Assembly (NCBI GenBank): GCA_964650005.1
Contig: CAZYPZ010000013.1
Coordinates: 8,942 to 72,941, forward strand
Direction of reading: 5' to 3'
Source of the DNA: an uncultured bacterium
GTDB taxonomy: Bacteria > Armatimonadota > HRBIN16
Length of the DNA: 64,000 bases
Shown here: one piece after another, positions 34,930 to 46,288 of the stretch
How the letters are laid out: each line of letters begins with the position of its first letter
Position numbering within the stretch: position 1 is the first letter of the stretch
The notes under the pieces: generated by a model
The model's database searches: none
What the model was told of the DNA's origin: nothing
Seen by the model: only the letters and a program-made list of their open reading frames with translations
Program-made: the position numbers and the translations under genes

Positions 34930-36093
34930 ATGAACGAATACCGTCAGGCGGAGCCGCAAACGCAGGCGGTACGCGCCGGACTGCATCCGGAGAGATGGGA
35001 AGGTGCAGTGCAGCCGCCGCTCTATCAGGCCTCCACATACGAGCTGCACGACATCGATCAGATCGGTCAGGGGTGGGTGTACTCCCGCTTGGGCAACGCC
35101 AACCGGAGCAGTTTCGAAGAGGCGGTCTCGGCGCTCGAACAGACCCGGCACACCATGGCGTATCCCAGCGGTGTCTCTGCGGTGAATGCGGTGTTCGATC
35201 TGGTGCAGGCGGGCGAACACATTATCTGTTCCGAGCATGTATACGGCGGCAGCTGGGCGTTGCTGATGCATGAAGTGGTACGGCGCGGCGTAGATGTCAC
35301 CATGGTTGACATGCGCAATCCCGACAATGTCCGTGACGCCTGTCGACCGAATACCCGGCTGATCTGGATGGAGAGTCCCACCAATCCCACGCTGGAAGTG
35401 GTGGATATCACCGCGTTGGCGCAGATAGCGCGTGAAGCGGGCGCACTTTCGGGTATAGATAATACTTTTGCGACACCTGTGTTGCAGCAACCTGCCACTT
35501 TGGGGGTGGACTTGGTCGTACACAGCGTGACCAAGTACCTGAGTGGACACAGCGATGTGGTGATGGGCTCGGTCTCGTTGAACGACGAGGCGCTGTATCA
35601 GCGGATGAGCACGCGTCAACGGCGTGTAGGGGCCGTGGCCGGTCCGTTCGATTGCTGGCTGGCGCTTCGCGGTCTGCGCACTCTGCATCTGCGCGTACAA
35701 GCGCACTGCCGGAACGCCCTGACAGTGGCTCACGCGATGTCCGGCGCACCTGGCATCTCGCGGGTCTATTATCCGGGCCTGCCGGATCATCCGGCACACG
35801 CCTTGGCGAAGCACCAGATGAACGGGCTGTTCGGCGGCGTGGTCTCTTTGGAATTGCAGGGTGGAAGGCCTGCGGTGGAACGATTCTTTGCCAGAACGCA
35901 ATGGTTCCGGCTGGCGGCCAGTCTCGGGGGCGTAGAGTCCATGGGTAACTACCCGGCAGCTTTGTCCCATTCCAGTATGAGCGCCGAGCAGCGACTGCGT
36001 ACAGGAGTTACCGACGGGCTGATACGGCTATCGGTTGGGATCGAGTCTGTAAACGACCTGGTGGAAGATCTGCTGCAGGCCACCTCTCCCTGA
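34930..36093 (+). CDS. PLP-dependent Cys/Met-metabolism enzyme (cystathionine gamma-synthase/beta-lyase family)
   Basis: SVTKYLSGHSDVV PLP-lysine motif; 387 aa. Confidence 0.85.
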   Translation: MNEYRQAEPQTQAVRAGLHPERWEGAVQPPLYQASTYELHDIDQIGQGWVYSRLGNANRSSFEEAVSALEQTRHTMAYPSGVSAVNAVFDLVQAGEHIICSEHVYGGSWALLMHEVVRRGVDVTMVDMRNPDNVRDACRPNTRLIWMESPTNPTLEVVDITALAQIAREAGALSGIDNTFATPVLQQPATLGVDLVVHSVTKYLSGHSDVVMGSVSLNDEALYQRMSTRQRRVGAVAGPFDCWLALRGLRTLHLRVQAHCRNALTVAHAMSGAPGISRVYYPGLPDHPAHALAKHQMNGLFGGVVSLELQGGRPAVERFFARTQWFRLAASLGGVESMGNYPAALSHSSMSAEQRLRTGVTDGLIRLSVGIESVNDLVEDLLQATSP

Positions 36094-36264
36094 CGTCAGC
36101 GTTGATTTAGGGATGGTGTCTGCAGGATGCGAAAACTGGCGGATACCGATATACTGTTGCACCGGAAGCGGCAGAATCGCCGCAAGGGCGCCGGTGGTGA
36201 ATGTCCCCATGAAAAAGGGGATGCCAACCTGTTTTACTGTCCGACACAGGAGGAGGACCGATCG

Positions 36265-37056
36265 ATGGATGCCAAGATACGCGTGCTGGTATGGAATGAG
36301 TTTCGACACGAAAAGCTTCATGAGGCGGTGAGTCGGATCTATCCAGACGGGATCCATACCGCGATTGCCGCCGGATTGGGTGCATGTGACGCGCTCGACG
36401 TTCGTACCGCCACGCTGGACGAGCCGGAGCATGGTTTGGCCGATGAGGTGCTGCAGAACACCGATGTACTGATCTGGTGGGGACATATGGCGCACCAAGA
36501 TGTGGATGACGCCATCGTCGAGCGGGTGTATAACCGGGTGCAGGAGGGCATGGGGATCATCGTGCTGCATTCCGGTCACTTCTCCAAGATTTTCCGGCGC
36601 CTGATGGGTACGCATTGCTCGTTGAAGTGGCGTGAAAAGAACGAGAAGGTACGCGTGTGGAATATTGCGCCGTCTCACCCAATCACCCAGGGTATCCCGG
36701 AGTACTTCGAACTGGCCAATGATGAGATGTACGGTGAACCGTTCGCAATTCCCGAACCCGAGGCCACTCTGTTCATCTCCTGGTTCGAGGGCGGGGAGGT
36801 CTTCCGGAGTGGCTGTATCTGGCGCCGGGGAGCCGGTCGTGTTTTCTACTTCTGTCCGGGCCATGAGACATATCCCGTATACTACAACCCCACAATCATC
36901 CGGATCCTGCAGAATGCGAGCGTATGGGCAGCGGGGACGCGATCGCGGGTGCCATTCGCCTGCCCGCACTCGGATGAATTGGAGCCGATCCCGGCCCGGG
37001 ACATCGATCTGACCTACCTGCCGGAGTCCGTCAAAGTGCGGATGGAGTCCAAATAA
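36265..37056 (+). CDS. ThuA-like (trehalose-utilisation family) class-I glutamine-amidotransferase-like protein
   Basis: [16 protein letters not shown]... AGGAGGAGGA RBS before the ATG at 36265; the ORF-track start at 36127 is an extension. Confidence 0.7.
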   Translation: MDAKIRVLVWNEFRHEKLHEAVSRIYPDGIHTAIAAGLGACDALDVRTATLDEPEHGLADEVLQNTDVLIWWGHMAHQDVDDAIVERVYNRVQEGMGIIVLHSGHFSKIFRRLMGTHCSLKWREKNEKVRVWNIAPSHPITQGIPEYFELANDEMYGEPFAIPEPEATLFISWFEGGEVFRSGCIWRRGAGRVFYFCPGHETYPVYYNPTIIRILQNASVWAAGTRSRVPFACPHSDELEPIPARDIDLTYLPESVKVRMESK

Positions 37057-38096
37057 TGGCGGCCCCATTGAAAGTTGGCGTCATCGGACTCGGGATGGGG
37101 CGGGTGCATCTGGAAGGATATCAGTCACATCCCGGATGCACCGTGACAGCCATCTGTGATACCGATGTGGACCGGCTGGAGCAGGTGGGTAAACATTTCC
37201 GCATCGCTGGACGCTACACCGATGCCGGCGTGATGTTCGCAAAGGAACAGCTGGATGTGGTCAGCATTGCCGTTCCGAACAAGTTCCATAAACCGCTGAC
37301 CCTGCAGGCGCTGCAGGCGGGTTGTCATGTGCTGTGCGAGAAGCCCATGGCCATGAACGCTACCGAGGCGCAAGAAATGCTGACAGCCGCTCGAGCCGCA
37401 AAGCGGCGGTTGATGATCAACTTCTCGTTTCGCTTCATCGATCAGTCACAGGCGTTGAAACGCGAAGTCGATACCGGCATACTGGGGGATATCTACTTCG
37501 GTCGAACCCTGTGGTTGCGTCGCCGTGGTATGCCCGGATTCGGGGGGTGGTTTGGCACCAAGGCGCTGTCCGGCGGCGGTCCGCTGATCGATCTAGGGGT
37601 CCACCGGTTGGATCTGGCTCTCTGGCTGATGGGATACCCGAAGCCGGTATGGGTGATGGGCAACACATGGAACGCGATTGCCGGCCCGATGGCCGCCAAG
37701 GTGAAGAAGACGTTCGATGTGGAAGACTTCGCCGCCGGTATGATCCGCTTCGAGAACGGCGCAATGCTCGAGGTCGAAGCCTCCTGGGCCAGCAACATCG
37801 GTGACAACGAAATGGTGGAGACCCGTCTGCTGGGAACCAAAGGCGGATTGCTGCAGAAGACTGGCGAGGACTGGCGGGTGACCGCCGAGATCTACACGGA
37901 ACGCAATGGATGCCAGTACGACACCAAACTGCATCCCCCGGTTCCCGGCTCCTGCAGCAGCATGTATCACTTCATTCAGAGTATTCTGGACGATGTACCG
38001 CATGACGCCGATGGCGAACAGGGGTTGATCGTGATGCGCCTGCTGGATGCGCTGTACCTCAGCGCCGAAAGCGGCGAACCGGTGAAGCTGGACTGA
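37056..38096 (+). CDS. Gfo/Idh/MocA-family NAD(P)-dependent oxidoreductase
   Basis: KVGVIGLGMGRVHLEGY Rossmann N-terminus; start overlaps the ThuA-like stop. Confidence 0.85.
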   Translation: MAAPLKVGVIGLGMGRVHLEGYQSHPGCTVTAICDTDVDRLEQVGKHFRIAGRYTDAGVMFAKEQLDVVSIAVPNKFHKPLTLQALQAGCHVLCEKPMAMNATEAQEMLTAARAAKRRLMINFSFRFIDQSQALKREVDTGILGDIYFGRTLWLRRRGMPGFGGWFGTKALSGGGPLIDLGVHRLDLALWLMGYPKPVWVMGNTWNAIAGPMAAKVKKTFDVEDFAAGMIRFENGAMLEVEASWASNIGDNEMVETRLLGTKGGLLQKTGEDWRVTAEIYTERNGCQYDTKLHPPVPGSCSSMYHFIQSILDDVPHDADGEQGLIVMRLLDALYLSAESGEPVKLD

Positions 38097-38112
38097 CCCG
38101 TACGGTCAGAAA

Positions 38113-38150
38113 CCCAGTGGAGGCGGGATCGATTTCCCGCCTCCACTTTC
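38113..38150. terminator. Bidirectional intrinsic terminator between convergent operons
   Basis: GTGGAGGCGGG-ATCGATTT-CCCGCCTCCAC perfect 11-bp stem, followed by TTTCTTTCG on the plus strand. Confidence 0.65.
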
Positions 38151-38165
38151 TTTCGTGTTGCAGCT

Positions 38166-38354
38166 TTAGGAACGCACCCCTAGACGTTTGAGGATCGCCA
38201 TCATCGGGCACCAGTTGGTTAGCGCCGATTGGGCGAGGTTCAGCCCGACGAATGCGGTGAACCAGTACCAGCCCGGGTGAACCCAGTGCCCAAGCCCCAC
38301 ACTGATGAGGATGAAAAGGCCTGCGATCAGCCGCAGGTATCGGTCGACTGTCAT
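38166..38354 (-). CDS. Small inner-membrane protein, DUF2892/YgaP-like (two TM helices, 62 aa)
   Basis: Two hydrophobic helices; the ATG overlaps the RND gene stop (ATGA). Confidence 0.6.
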   Translation of the reverse strand: MTVDRYLRLIAGLFILISVGLGHWVHPGWYWFTAFVGLNLAQSALTNWCPMMAILKRLGVRS

Positions 38355-41300
38355 TGTGCATCCACTCCTTCTATGGTCACGGCCCGTCCCTGTTTCAGCA
38401 TGAAATAGAGAACCGGCACCGCAAAACGGGATAGTAATGTCGAAGCGATTTCACCGGCCATGAGCGCTATGGCCAGCCCTTGAAAGATGGGGTCGAACAG
38501 AATCACCGCCGAACCGACGATGACGGCCGCCGCCGTCAATAGCATGGGCCGGAATCGGGTGGCGCCTGCATCGATCACCGCCTGATCCAGCGGGAGTCCA
38601 TGGCGCATCCGCAGCTCGATGAAATCCACCAGGATGATCGAGTTGCGCACGATAATACCCGCACCGGCGATGAACCCAATCATGCTGGTGGCCGTGAAGA
38701 AGGCTCCCATTGCCGCATGTGCGGGCAAGATGCCCACCAAAGTTAACGGAATGGGCGCCATGATTACCAATGGTATCCGGAACGATTGGAACCAGGCCAC
38801 CACCAGGATGTAGATCAGTACGAGAACCGCGGCGAATGCGATTCCCAGATCGCGAAACACCTCATAAGAGATGTGCCACTCACCGTCCCATTTCATTTCG
38901 GGACGGGCGTCGCTTGTGGGCAGTCTCGTGCTCAGCACATTCAGCCTTCCGCCATCCTCCAGTCGGAATTGGGCGATTTTACGGTTCATCGCCAGAATGG
39001 CATAGACTGGACTCTCCCGTCTGCCGGATACGTCTCCTGTCACGTAGATCACCGGCATCAGGTTTTTGTGGTAGATGGCAGTGTCCGGTGTCTCGTCAAC
39101 AGGCTTTACCAGTTCGGACAACGGTGTCAATTGCCCTGTTTGCGATGGAACCGAGTACTGCGCCAGATCGGTCAGCGTGGCCCGCTGGCTTCGCGGTAGC
39201 CGCAACGTGATCGGGACATCCTCATGAGCCGACGGGTCATGAAGCAGGCCAAAGGACGCTGATCCCAGTACCGCCTGGATGGTGCGGTTGATCGAGCCGA
39301 TATCCACCCCGGAGACAGCGGCCTTCTCCTTGTCGATGGCGATGTTCCAAGATGTACGGGGATCGTCATGGTACCAGTCCACATCGGTAACGCCTTCTGT
39401 GCTGTGGAACACCTGCTTAATCTGTGCGGCCACCGCTTCACGGGCTTTGGGCGTCGGACCGTATATCTCGGCCACCAGCGTCTGCAGCACAGGAGGTCCC
39501 GGCGGCACTTCGGCGATCTTCACGCGCACGCCCAATTCTCTGCCCAGGCGTTCCACATCCGGGCGAATGCGGCGGACGATGTCGTGACTTTGCGCTTTGC
39601 GGGCATGCTTGGGGGTCAGATTGACTTGTATGTCGCCCTGCCAAGGCATGCGACGGTCGAAATAGTGTCGCACCAACCCGTTGAAGTTGTAAGGGGCGGC
39701 CGTACCCGCATAGACCTGGTAGTTATCCACCTCTGGCTCACGGGCGATACGCAGCGCAAGTGTGCGTGCCGCTGCGAGTGTTTGCTCCAGGCTGCTACCC
39801 GTAGGCATGTCGACTATCACCTGGAATTCACTTTTGTTGTCAAACGGCAGCATCTTTACGATCACAGCCCCCAGCGGGATCAGCGCCACGGCGGCCATGA
39901 GCAGAACTCCGACTCCAGCCAGAAATGCGAAACGTACGGTGCGGCGATGCAGCAGCGGATCCATAACGCGCTTGTACAGCCGTGTCATCAGGTCATCCGG
40001 GGCGGTCTCATGCCCGTCGTGACTGTTGCCGTGGCTGGCGCCATGACCGCCTCGCCCCAGCAGACGGACTGCGGCCCAAGGTGTGACGATGAAAGCCACC
40101 AGCAGCGAGAAGATCATCGCGGCGGTTGCCCCGACAGGAATGGGGCGCATATAGGGGCCCATCAGGCCACCGACAAACGCCATGGGGAGGATGGCGGCGA
40201 TCACCGCGATAGTGGCCAGAATGGTGGGGTTGCCCACCTCGTCAACCGCTTCGATGGCCACCTGCAGTTTGGATCGCGCCTGATTGGCCGGCATGCGCAT
40301 ATGCCGCACGATGTTCTCCACGACAACAATGGCGTCATCGACCAGAATGCCAATAGAGAAAATCAGCGCAAACAGGGTGATCCGGTTCAAGGTGTAACCC
40401 ACCAGATAGAACACCAACAGCGTCAATGCCAGTGTGACGGGTATCGCCACGGCGACGACCAATGCTTCTCGGCGCCCCAAAGCTACACCGATCAATATGG
40501 TGACCGAGACAACCGCGATCATCATGTGAAACAACAGCTCCCCCGACTTCTCGGCTGCAGTCTCACCATAGTTGCGCGTGATGGTGACCGTTACATCGGC
40601 CGGGATTACCCGTCCGCGTAACGCCTCGACCCGCGACATGACGGCGTGCGCCACATCGATCGCGTTGGTGCCTTGGCGCTTGGCGACCGAAATCGTCACC
40701 GCAGGTTCGGTCGACTGTTGGGTTGCGCCGCCATGACCGAACAGCACGTATTGCTTCGCCTCTTCCGGGCCGTCGCTGATGGACGCGATGTCGCCCAGCC
40801 GTACCGGGCGTCCTTCGTGGGATGACACCACCAGATCGTTCATGTGGCTCACATCGCGTAACTGAGCACCCGATGTGACCGCTTGGCGTTCGTTCCCGGT
40901 ATCGATACCGCTTGTCTGTGCGCGCTGGTTGTTGGCTTCGATGGCCCTGCCAACCGCGTCGATGCTCAAGCCCCACGCTTCCAAGCGGGCACGGTCCAAC
41001 TCCACGCGCACCTCGCGCCGCCGGCCGCCGATAATGTGCGTTTCCGAGACGTTAGGAGTCTGTTTGATCGTGTCTTCCACCCGTGCAGCGATCTGGCGCA
41101 GCAGGTGATCGTCCAATTGTTTGCTGTGCAGAGTGATCGCAAGGATAGGCACGTCGTCGATCGATCGCGGCTTAATGATCGGTTGCGATGCGCCGGGCGG
41201 AATGATGTCAAAATGTGACTGAAGCTTTTCACGCAGCCTCACGAAGGCCGCTTCCTGGTTTTCGCCCACATAGAACCGCACGATCACCATCGATTGCCCG

Positions 41301-41572
41301 GGCATCGATGTACTGTAGACGTACTCCACCCCCGGGACTTCCCAGATTAGCTTTTCCATGGGCGAGGTGACACGTCGTTCCACTTCGGCCGAAGTCGATC
41401 CCGGCATGGAGACGATCACATCGGCCATCGGGACGATGATCTGCGGTTCTTCCTCCCGAGGAGTCTTCATCACGGCGAACAGGCCGAGCAACAGCGATGC
41501 AATGATGATGAGCGGGGTCAACTTGGAGTTGATGAATGCCGCTGCCAGCTTTCCAGAAGGACCGATATTCAT
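38351..41572 (-). CDS. RND-family efflux transporter permease (AcrB/HAE1-like), 1073 aa
   Basis: 12-TM RND architecture with large periplasmic loops; start overlaps the adaptor gene stop (ATGA). Confidence 0.9.
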   Translation of the reverse strand: MNIGPSGKLAAAFINSKLTPLIIIASLLLGLFAVMKTPREEEPQIIVPMADVIVSMPGSTSAEVERRVTSPMEKLIWEVPGVEYVYSTSMPGQSMVIVRFYVGENQEAAFVRLREKLQSHFDIIPPGASQPIIKPRSIDDVPILAITLHSKQLDDHLLRQIAARVEDTIKQTPNVSETHIIGGRRREVRVELDRARLEAWGLSIDAVGRAIEANNQRAQTSGIDTGNERQAVTSGAQLRDVSHMNDLVVSSHEGRPVRLGDIASISDGPEEAKQYVLFGHGGATQQSTEPAVTISVAKRQGTNAIDVAHAVMSRVEALRGRVIPADVTVTITRNYGETAAEKSGELLFHMMIAVVSVTILIGVALGRREALVVAVAIPVTLALTLLVFYLVGYTLNRITLFALIFSIGILVDDAIVVVENIVRHMRMPANQARSKLQVAIEAVDEVGNPTILATIAVIAAILPMAFVGGLMGPYMRPIPVGATAAMIFSLLVAFIVTPWAAVRLLGRGGHGASHGNSHDGHETAPDDLMTRLYKRVMDPLLHRRTVRFAFLAGVGVLLMAAVALIPLGAVIVKMLPFDNKSEFQVIVDMPTGSSLEQTLAAARTLALRIAREPEVDNYQVYAGTAAPYNFNGLVRHYFDRRMPWQGDIQVNLTPKHARKAQSHDIVRRIRPDVERLGRELGVRVKIAEVPPGPPVLQTLVAEIYGPTPKAREAVAAQIKQVFHSTEGVTDVDWYHDDPRTSWNIAIDKEKAAVSGVDIGSINRTIQAVLGSASFGLLHDPSAHEDVPITLRLPRSQRATLTDLAQYSVPSQTGQLTPLSELVKPVDETPDTAIYHKNLMPVIYVTGDVSGRRESPVYAILAMNRKIAQFRLEDGGRLNVLSTRLPTSDARPEMKWDGEWHISYEVFRDLGIAFAAVLVLIYILVVAWFQSFRIPLVIMAPIPLTLVGILPAHAAMGAFFTATSMIGFIAGAGIIVRNSIILVDFIELRMRHGLPLDQAVIDAGATRFRPMLLTAAAVIVGSAVILFDPIFQGLAIALMAGEIASTLLSRFAVPVLYFMLKQGRAVTIEGVDAQ

Positions 41573-43041
41573 GGCGACACCTGCCGTGTCCGAACCTGAT
41601 CGCCTTCGGCCAACCGTCCCTTACCGGATGCGACAATCACTTCGCCCGGCTTGAGGCCTGTTGTGACCTCAATACGATCACCATACGTGCCGCCCACGGT
41701 GACCATCCGCAGCCGGACGGCGCCTTTATCGATGACCCAGACCATTGTCAGCCCCTGTTCGTCCCACACCGCGCGTGTCGGTACCGTCAAGGCATAACGC
41801 GTGCCTTGCGGAATGCGGACTCGCCCGAACAGACCGCTCACTGCGGTATTCAGTCCCGGCAGCTCATACCGGGCAGTGACAGTGTGGGTCTGTGGATCGG
41901 CGGAAGGGGTGACTTCGCGTAACCGGGCGGACCATCGGGCCCCGAGCGATTCGACGGTGACTTCCGCGCTCATACCAGGTGATAGCGATGCGGCATGTCG
42001 CGCCGGAATAGTGGCAGTGAACAGTAAGGGACGGGATTCGATCTGCAGTATGGGTGCGCCCGGTGACGCCAAGTCGCCGGGATCCATTAACCGACGGGTC
42101 ACGACACCGTCAAAAGGGGCCACAATTGTCGCATAATCCCGATTCACTTTAGCTGCCTCGAGAGACGCCCGGCTTTGGGCAACCTGAGCGGCGGCTGCAC
42201 GCGCCTCTTGAGCTCGCACCTCAGCTTGGACGGCGGCCGCTCTGGCGGATTTCAATGCGGCACGCGCCTGCACGAGCTCCGCCTGAGCCTGACGTACACC
42301 CTCTTCAGCCTGTCTCAACTCTTCAGCGCGACTGCCCTCATCGGCAATACTCTGTGCCTGACGAGCGGTCTGCAGCTGCGCTTTGGCCACATCGGCTTGA
42401 GTTTGTGCGGCTTCATACGCCTGTAATCCGATGGCGCCCTCACGCAGCAGTCGCTCCATGCGGGCTCGATTCGACTCGGCGAGATTGTACTGTGCTTGGG
42501 CTTGAGCGACGGCCAGGGAGGCCTGTTCTCGTTCCTGTCTGCGCGGTCCGGTGCGGACCATCTCGAGCCGGGCTTGGGCTGCCTGAACAGCGGACTCACT
42601 TTGCTTTACACGCGCTTCCGCCTGATCGATACGGGTCTGTACCAGGGTGCGCTCCAGTTTTGCCACCGCTTGGGCGCTGCGGTGAGATTCTACGGCCGAA
42701 ATCACATTGGCCTGTGCGACGGCTACCGAGGCATCCAGATCACGTGATTCGACGGTGGCGAGCAGTTGCCCGCGCCGAATTCTATCGCCTTCGCGCACCA
42801 GAACCGTGTTCACGCGGCCGGATGTTCGGGTGCTCAGGGTGGCTTGCAGATCAGGCGTGGTCCGCCCTACGGCCTCGATGGCATCCGAAACCGTTACATT
42901 GCGGATGGTGATCACATCCACTGTCTGCGGGCGGCTTTGGGGGGTAGACGGCGCCTTGGCGTGCATCCTGGTCAGGGCCAGGGCCGCGAGTACCGTCAGG
43001 ATGCCTGCCAGGGCGATGGGTATCAGTCGGCGAGGTTGCAT
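41569..43041 (-). CDS. RND efflux periplasmic adaptor (HlyD/membrane-fusion protein family) with a long coiled coil
   Basis: N-terminal TM segment, Ala/Gln/Arg-rich coiled coil, C-terminal beta-barrel motifs. AGGAG RBS before the ATG at 43041. Confidence 0.85.
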   Translation of the reverse strand: MQPRRLIPIALAGILTVLAALALTRMHAKAPSTPQSRPQTVDVITIRNVTVSDAIEAVGRTTPDLQATLSTRTSGRVNTVLVREGDRIRRGQLLATVESRDLDASVAVAQANVISAVESHRSAQAVAKLERTLVQTRIDQAEARVKQSESAVQAAQARLEMVRTGPRRQEREQASLAVAQAQAQYNLAESNRARMERLLREGAIGLQAYEAAQTQADVAKAQLQTARQAQSIADEGSRAEELRQAEEGVRQAQAELVQARAALKSARAAAVQAEVRAQEARAAAAQVAQSRASLEAAKVNRDYATIVAPFDGVVTRRLMDPGDLASPGAPILQIESRPLLFTATIPARHAASLSPGMSAEVTVESLGARWSARLREVTPSADPQTHTVTARYELPGLNTAVSGLFGRVRIPQGTRYALTVPTRAVWDEQGLTMVWVIDKGAVRLRMVTVGGTYGDRIEVTTGLKPGEVIVASGKGRLAEGDQVRTRQVSP

Positions 43042-43271
43042 ACTCTGCTCCTGTGCGTGGTAGATTGCTGTCATCCTGTTAGAGTCACCGTTGTAGCCTC
43101 CGGATGCATCAGACGCTGACAGCGCGGGGTATTCTAGAAGGCATGGGGCGGTAATGAGGTTCCTGCAAGGGGCGCTCAGGGGAAGGAATTACCGCGCCCG
43201 TTGATGTATGGACTACAGGCGCTCGAGCAGTGCGGACAGCGCCGGTTAGCCCGCGATGATGGAGGTGCAGC

Positions 43272-43781
43272 GTGGATATCTACGAACTGATCGGTAAGCG
43301 GCACAGCATTCGCAGCTATACGGATACCCCTGTGTCAGATGAAGTACTGAAACGTATTCTGGAAGCGGCACGACTCGCGCCATCTGCGTGCAACCTTCAG
43401 CCGTGGCGATTTTATGTGGTGCGTGATAAAGCGGTGCAGCAGGCGATGTTTCCTCATGAACGACATCGCTGGATTATCGACAAAACCCCCGTCGTGATCG
43501 TGGCCTGTTCAATAGCCCGCAGGGCATGGGTGCGTGCGGTGGACGGCAAGAATCATTGCGATATCGATGTGGCGATCGCTATGGAACACTTGGTGCTGGC
43601 CGCCACCCATGAAGGGCTGTCCACGTGCTGGATCTGTGCGTTCGACCCAGCGGCAATCCGCGAAGCGTTGAAGCTGCCTCCGGATGAAGAGCCGGTGGCG
43701 GCGACACCATTGGGGTACGGCGACGGCGAGGCCCGGCCCAGACAGCGGAAATCCCTGGAAGACATCGTCACATTCGTCTAG
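43272..43781 (+). CDS. Nitroreductase-family flavoprotein
   Basis: HSIRSYTDTPVSDEVLKRILEAARLAPSACNLQPWRF. Confidence 0.85.
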   Translation: MDIYELIGKRHSIRSYTDTPVSDEVLKRILEAARLAPSACNLQPWRFYVVRDKAVQQAMFPHERHRWIIDKTPVVIVACSIARRAWVRAVDGKNHCDIDVAIAMEHLVLAATHEGLSTCWICAFDPAAIREALKLPPDEEPVAATPLGYGDGEARPRQRKSLEDIVTFV

Positions 43782-43814
43782 CGCCGAGGTCACCGAGTGC
43801 TGGGAGAGCTTTGA

Positions 43815-44873
43815 ATGTACCATGACCGAATGACCCCGCGGGAGAGGTGGCTGGCTGTCTTGCGGCGCGAGCGGCCGGATCGGGTGCCGATGGACTATTG
43901 GGCTACCGGTGAGGCCACGGCCAAACTCATCCGGCACCTGGGCGTTTCCACACCGGACGAGGCGTTCTCCTTGTTGCACATCGATGCCCCGTATACCTTG
44001 AGCGGCCGTTACATAGGTCCGGACATACCCGAGGGAGAGAACGAGTTCGGTTGCCGATACACCCAAGTGGATTACGGCACAGGAGCCTATGCCGAGATAA
44101 CCTACCATCCGCTGGCTCGTTTCCAGTCACTGGATGAACTTCGCTCGGAGTACCGATGGCCGGAAGCCGACTGGTGGACATATGATCACATTCCCGAGGA
44201 GGTCGAACGAGCCGGTGATCGTCCCATCCGAGGCGGCGGGTCGGAGATATTTCTGGCGTATTGCATGCTGCGCGGGCAGGAACAGGCGTTCATGGATCTG
44301 GTGGAAAATCCGGAGATGGTTCACTACTGTTTGGATAATCTGATCCATTTGGCCTATGAGAGCACCCGGCGCATACTGGAGGCTGCCCGCGGCGCCGTCA
44401 TGATCAGTTATGTGGCGGAGGATCTGGGCAGCCAGGAGTCGTTGATGTTCTCTCCCAGCCAGATCCGCACGTTTCTGTTGCCCCGCATGCGGCTGATGGC
44501 TGATCTCGTTCACCGTCATGGCGCTTGGGTGTTTACGCACAGTGACGGTGCGATCCGGGCGGTTATTCCCGATCTGCTGGATATGGGCATGGATGTGCTC
44601 AATCCCGTGCAGTGGAGATGCCGCGGCATGGAACGCGACGCGCTGAAGCGCGACTTTGGCGATCGGTTGATATTTCACGGCGCAGTGGACAATCAGCAGA
44701 CCTTGGCGTTTGGTTCGGTCAGCGATGTGCGCCAGGAAGTTGCCGACAATCTGCGCATATTAGGGGCCGGCGGTGGTTATATCATCGCCCCCTGCCACAA
44801 TATTCAGGCGGTCAGTCCTCCGGAGAACATCGTGGCCATGTACGAAGAAGGGTACGTGTTGGGACGCACCTGA
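43815..44873 (+). CDS. Uroporphyrinogen-decarboxylase (URO-D) family protein, MtaA/methyltransferase-like rather than canonical HemE
   Basis: URO-D fold length; the N-terminus resembles MtaA-type rather than HemE-type. Confidence 0.6.
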   Translation: MYHDRMTPRERWLAVLRRERPDRVPMDYWATGEATAKLIRHLGVSTPDEAFSLLHIDAPYTLSGRYIGPDIPEGENEFGCRYTQVDYGTGAYAEITYHPLARFQSLDELRSEYRWPEADWWTYDHIPEEVERAGDRPIRGGGSEIFLAYCMLRGQEQAFMDLVENPEMVHYCLDNLIHLAYESTRRILEAARGAVMISYVAEDLGSQESLMFSPSQIRTFLLPRMRLMADLVHRHGAWVFTHSDGAIRAVIPDLLDMGMDVLNPVQWRCRGMERDALKRDFGDRLIFHGAVDNQQTLAFGSVSDVRQEVADNLRILGAGGGYIIAPCHNIQAVSPPENIVAMYEEGYVLGRT

Positions 44874-44949
44874 TACGATGCCCACCACAGGACCGTAATC
44901 GGTGAGGCGCCCCCTGCGTATCGATAAACAGTTCGCAACGGCATCGTTC

Positions 44950-44984
44950 ATTCCTGACTTCAGTCCAAAAGTGCTGATATAATG
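44950..44984 (+). promoter_or_regulatory. Promoter candidate with an extended -10 (TGATATAAT)
   Basis: TGnTATAAT with a -35-like CTGACT at 17-nt spacing, about 60 nt upstream of the SGNH hydrolase gene. Confidence 0.4.
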
Positions 44985-45041
44985 CGATAATGAAGGCAAT
45001 TGGAATACGATTGGTCTGTAAACAGGCCGCACGGAGGGGTG

Positions 45042-46259
45042 ATGATGCCGCAACAGAACACCATGGAAGCGTTTCTGCGATCGCATGTGCTGCGACGCGA
45101 AGAGGTGGATGCATTTCTGGATCCTGACGCGCCTCATTGGGCTCAATTCGACCCGGAATTGGGCTACGTACTTCACGACTGCACCGTTCAGGACGGAATG
45201 GATGGATCGTATACCATCGGCACGTATCTCAGCACGGGTGAGCGCCGGATTATCAACTACGCGGATCTTCCCTGCCGTATCTCCTGTTTCGGTGACAGCT
45301 TCACCATGTGTCATCAGGTGAGCGACTCGGAGACATGGGAAGAGTATCTTGCCGGGCACCTGGGTGAACCAATACGCAACTATGGAGTGGGCGGATACGG
45401 TGTGTATCAGGCCTACCTGAGGCTGAAACGGGTTGTGCAGCAAGGGCGCTCCACCCCATACATGCTGCTGAACGTGTTCGGAATGGACGATCATTTTCGG
45501 AGCCTGGACGCCTGGCGGCGACCCCGTTGCGGAGACTGGTTTCAAACAAATCCCCCTCTTCTGTTTCACGCCAATCCTTGGAACCATGTGCGGTTCAATC
45601 TGAACACCGGCCAACTGGAGGAGATTCCGTCTTTATGCCCGGACCCGGAATCGTTGTATCGGCTCTGTGATGAGCAGTGGGTTCTGGAAACCTTCGGTAA
45701 TGACATCGCCCTTCAGATGCACTTGGGCTGCACGGGACAGTATGAGTTGGACACGCAGCAGATGGAGCGCCTGGCTGCGGTTCTGGATGTGCCGTTCGAC
45801 CCGGCAGCCGGACCGGATGCCGTGCGCGAACTGCAGCGGGTGGCGGGTCTGCGAGCCACTATGCAGATCATCGAGTGGGCGTTCGAGTTTACCACCTCCC
45901 ATGCGATCCAATTGCGGGTGATGCTGACCCATGGTTATCCGGAGCTATACGGCGCGTTGAGCGGCTGGCCGCGTCCCGACCGTGAGCTGGTGGATTGGCT
46001 CAAAGAGCGTGACTGGCTGATCTTCGATGTGGCTGACAGCCATATTCAGGACTTGCGTGACTTCAATGTCAGCGTGGAGCGCTATCTGCAGAGGCTGATG
46101 ATCGGTCATTACAATCCGGCAGGTAATCACTTCCTGGCTTACTCGCTGAAAAACGCCATGGTGGAGTGGCTGGAGCCGAAGCCCCGCACCTATCCGCACA
46201 TGGGGGAGACACTCCGGTTCGACGGGTACCTGTTCGGGCTGAACAGAGCAGATGCCTGA
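45042..46259 (+). CDS. SGNH/GDSL-family hydrolase (no signal peptide)
   Basis: CFGDSFT GDS(x) catalytic block; GGAGGGG RBS before the ATG at 45042. Confidence 0.6.
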   Translation: MMPQQNTMEAFLRSHVLRREEVDAFLDPDAPHWAQFDPELGYVLHDCTVQDGMDGSYTIGTYLSTGERRIINYADLPCRISCFGDSFTMCHQVSDSETWEEYLAGHLGEPIRNYGVGGYGVYQAYLRLKRVVQQGRSTPYMLLNVFGMDDHFRSLDAWRRPRCGDWFQTNPPLLFHANPWNHVRFNLNTGQLEEIPSLCPDPESLYRLCDEQWVLETFGNDIALQMHLGCTGQYELDTQQMERLAAVLDVPFDPAAGPDAVRELQRVAGLRATMQIIEWAFEFTTSHAIQLRVMLTHGYPELYGALSGWPRPDRELVDWLKERDWLIFDVADSHIQDLRDFNVSVERYLQRLMIGHYNPAGNHFLAYSLKNAMVEWLEPKPRTYPHMGETLRFDGYLFGLNRADA

Positions 46260-46288
46260 ATTGCTGTGATCGACCGACAGGAGGCGCT

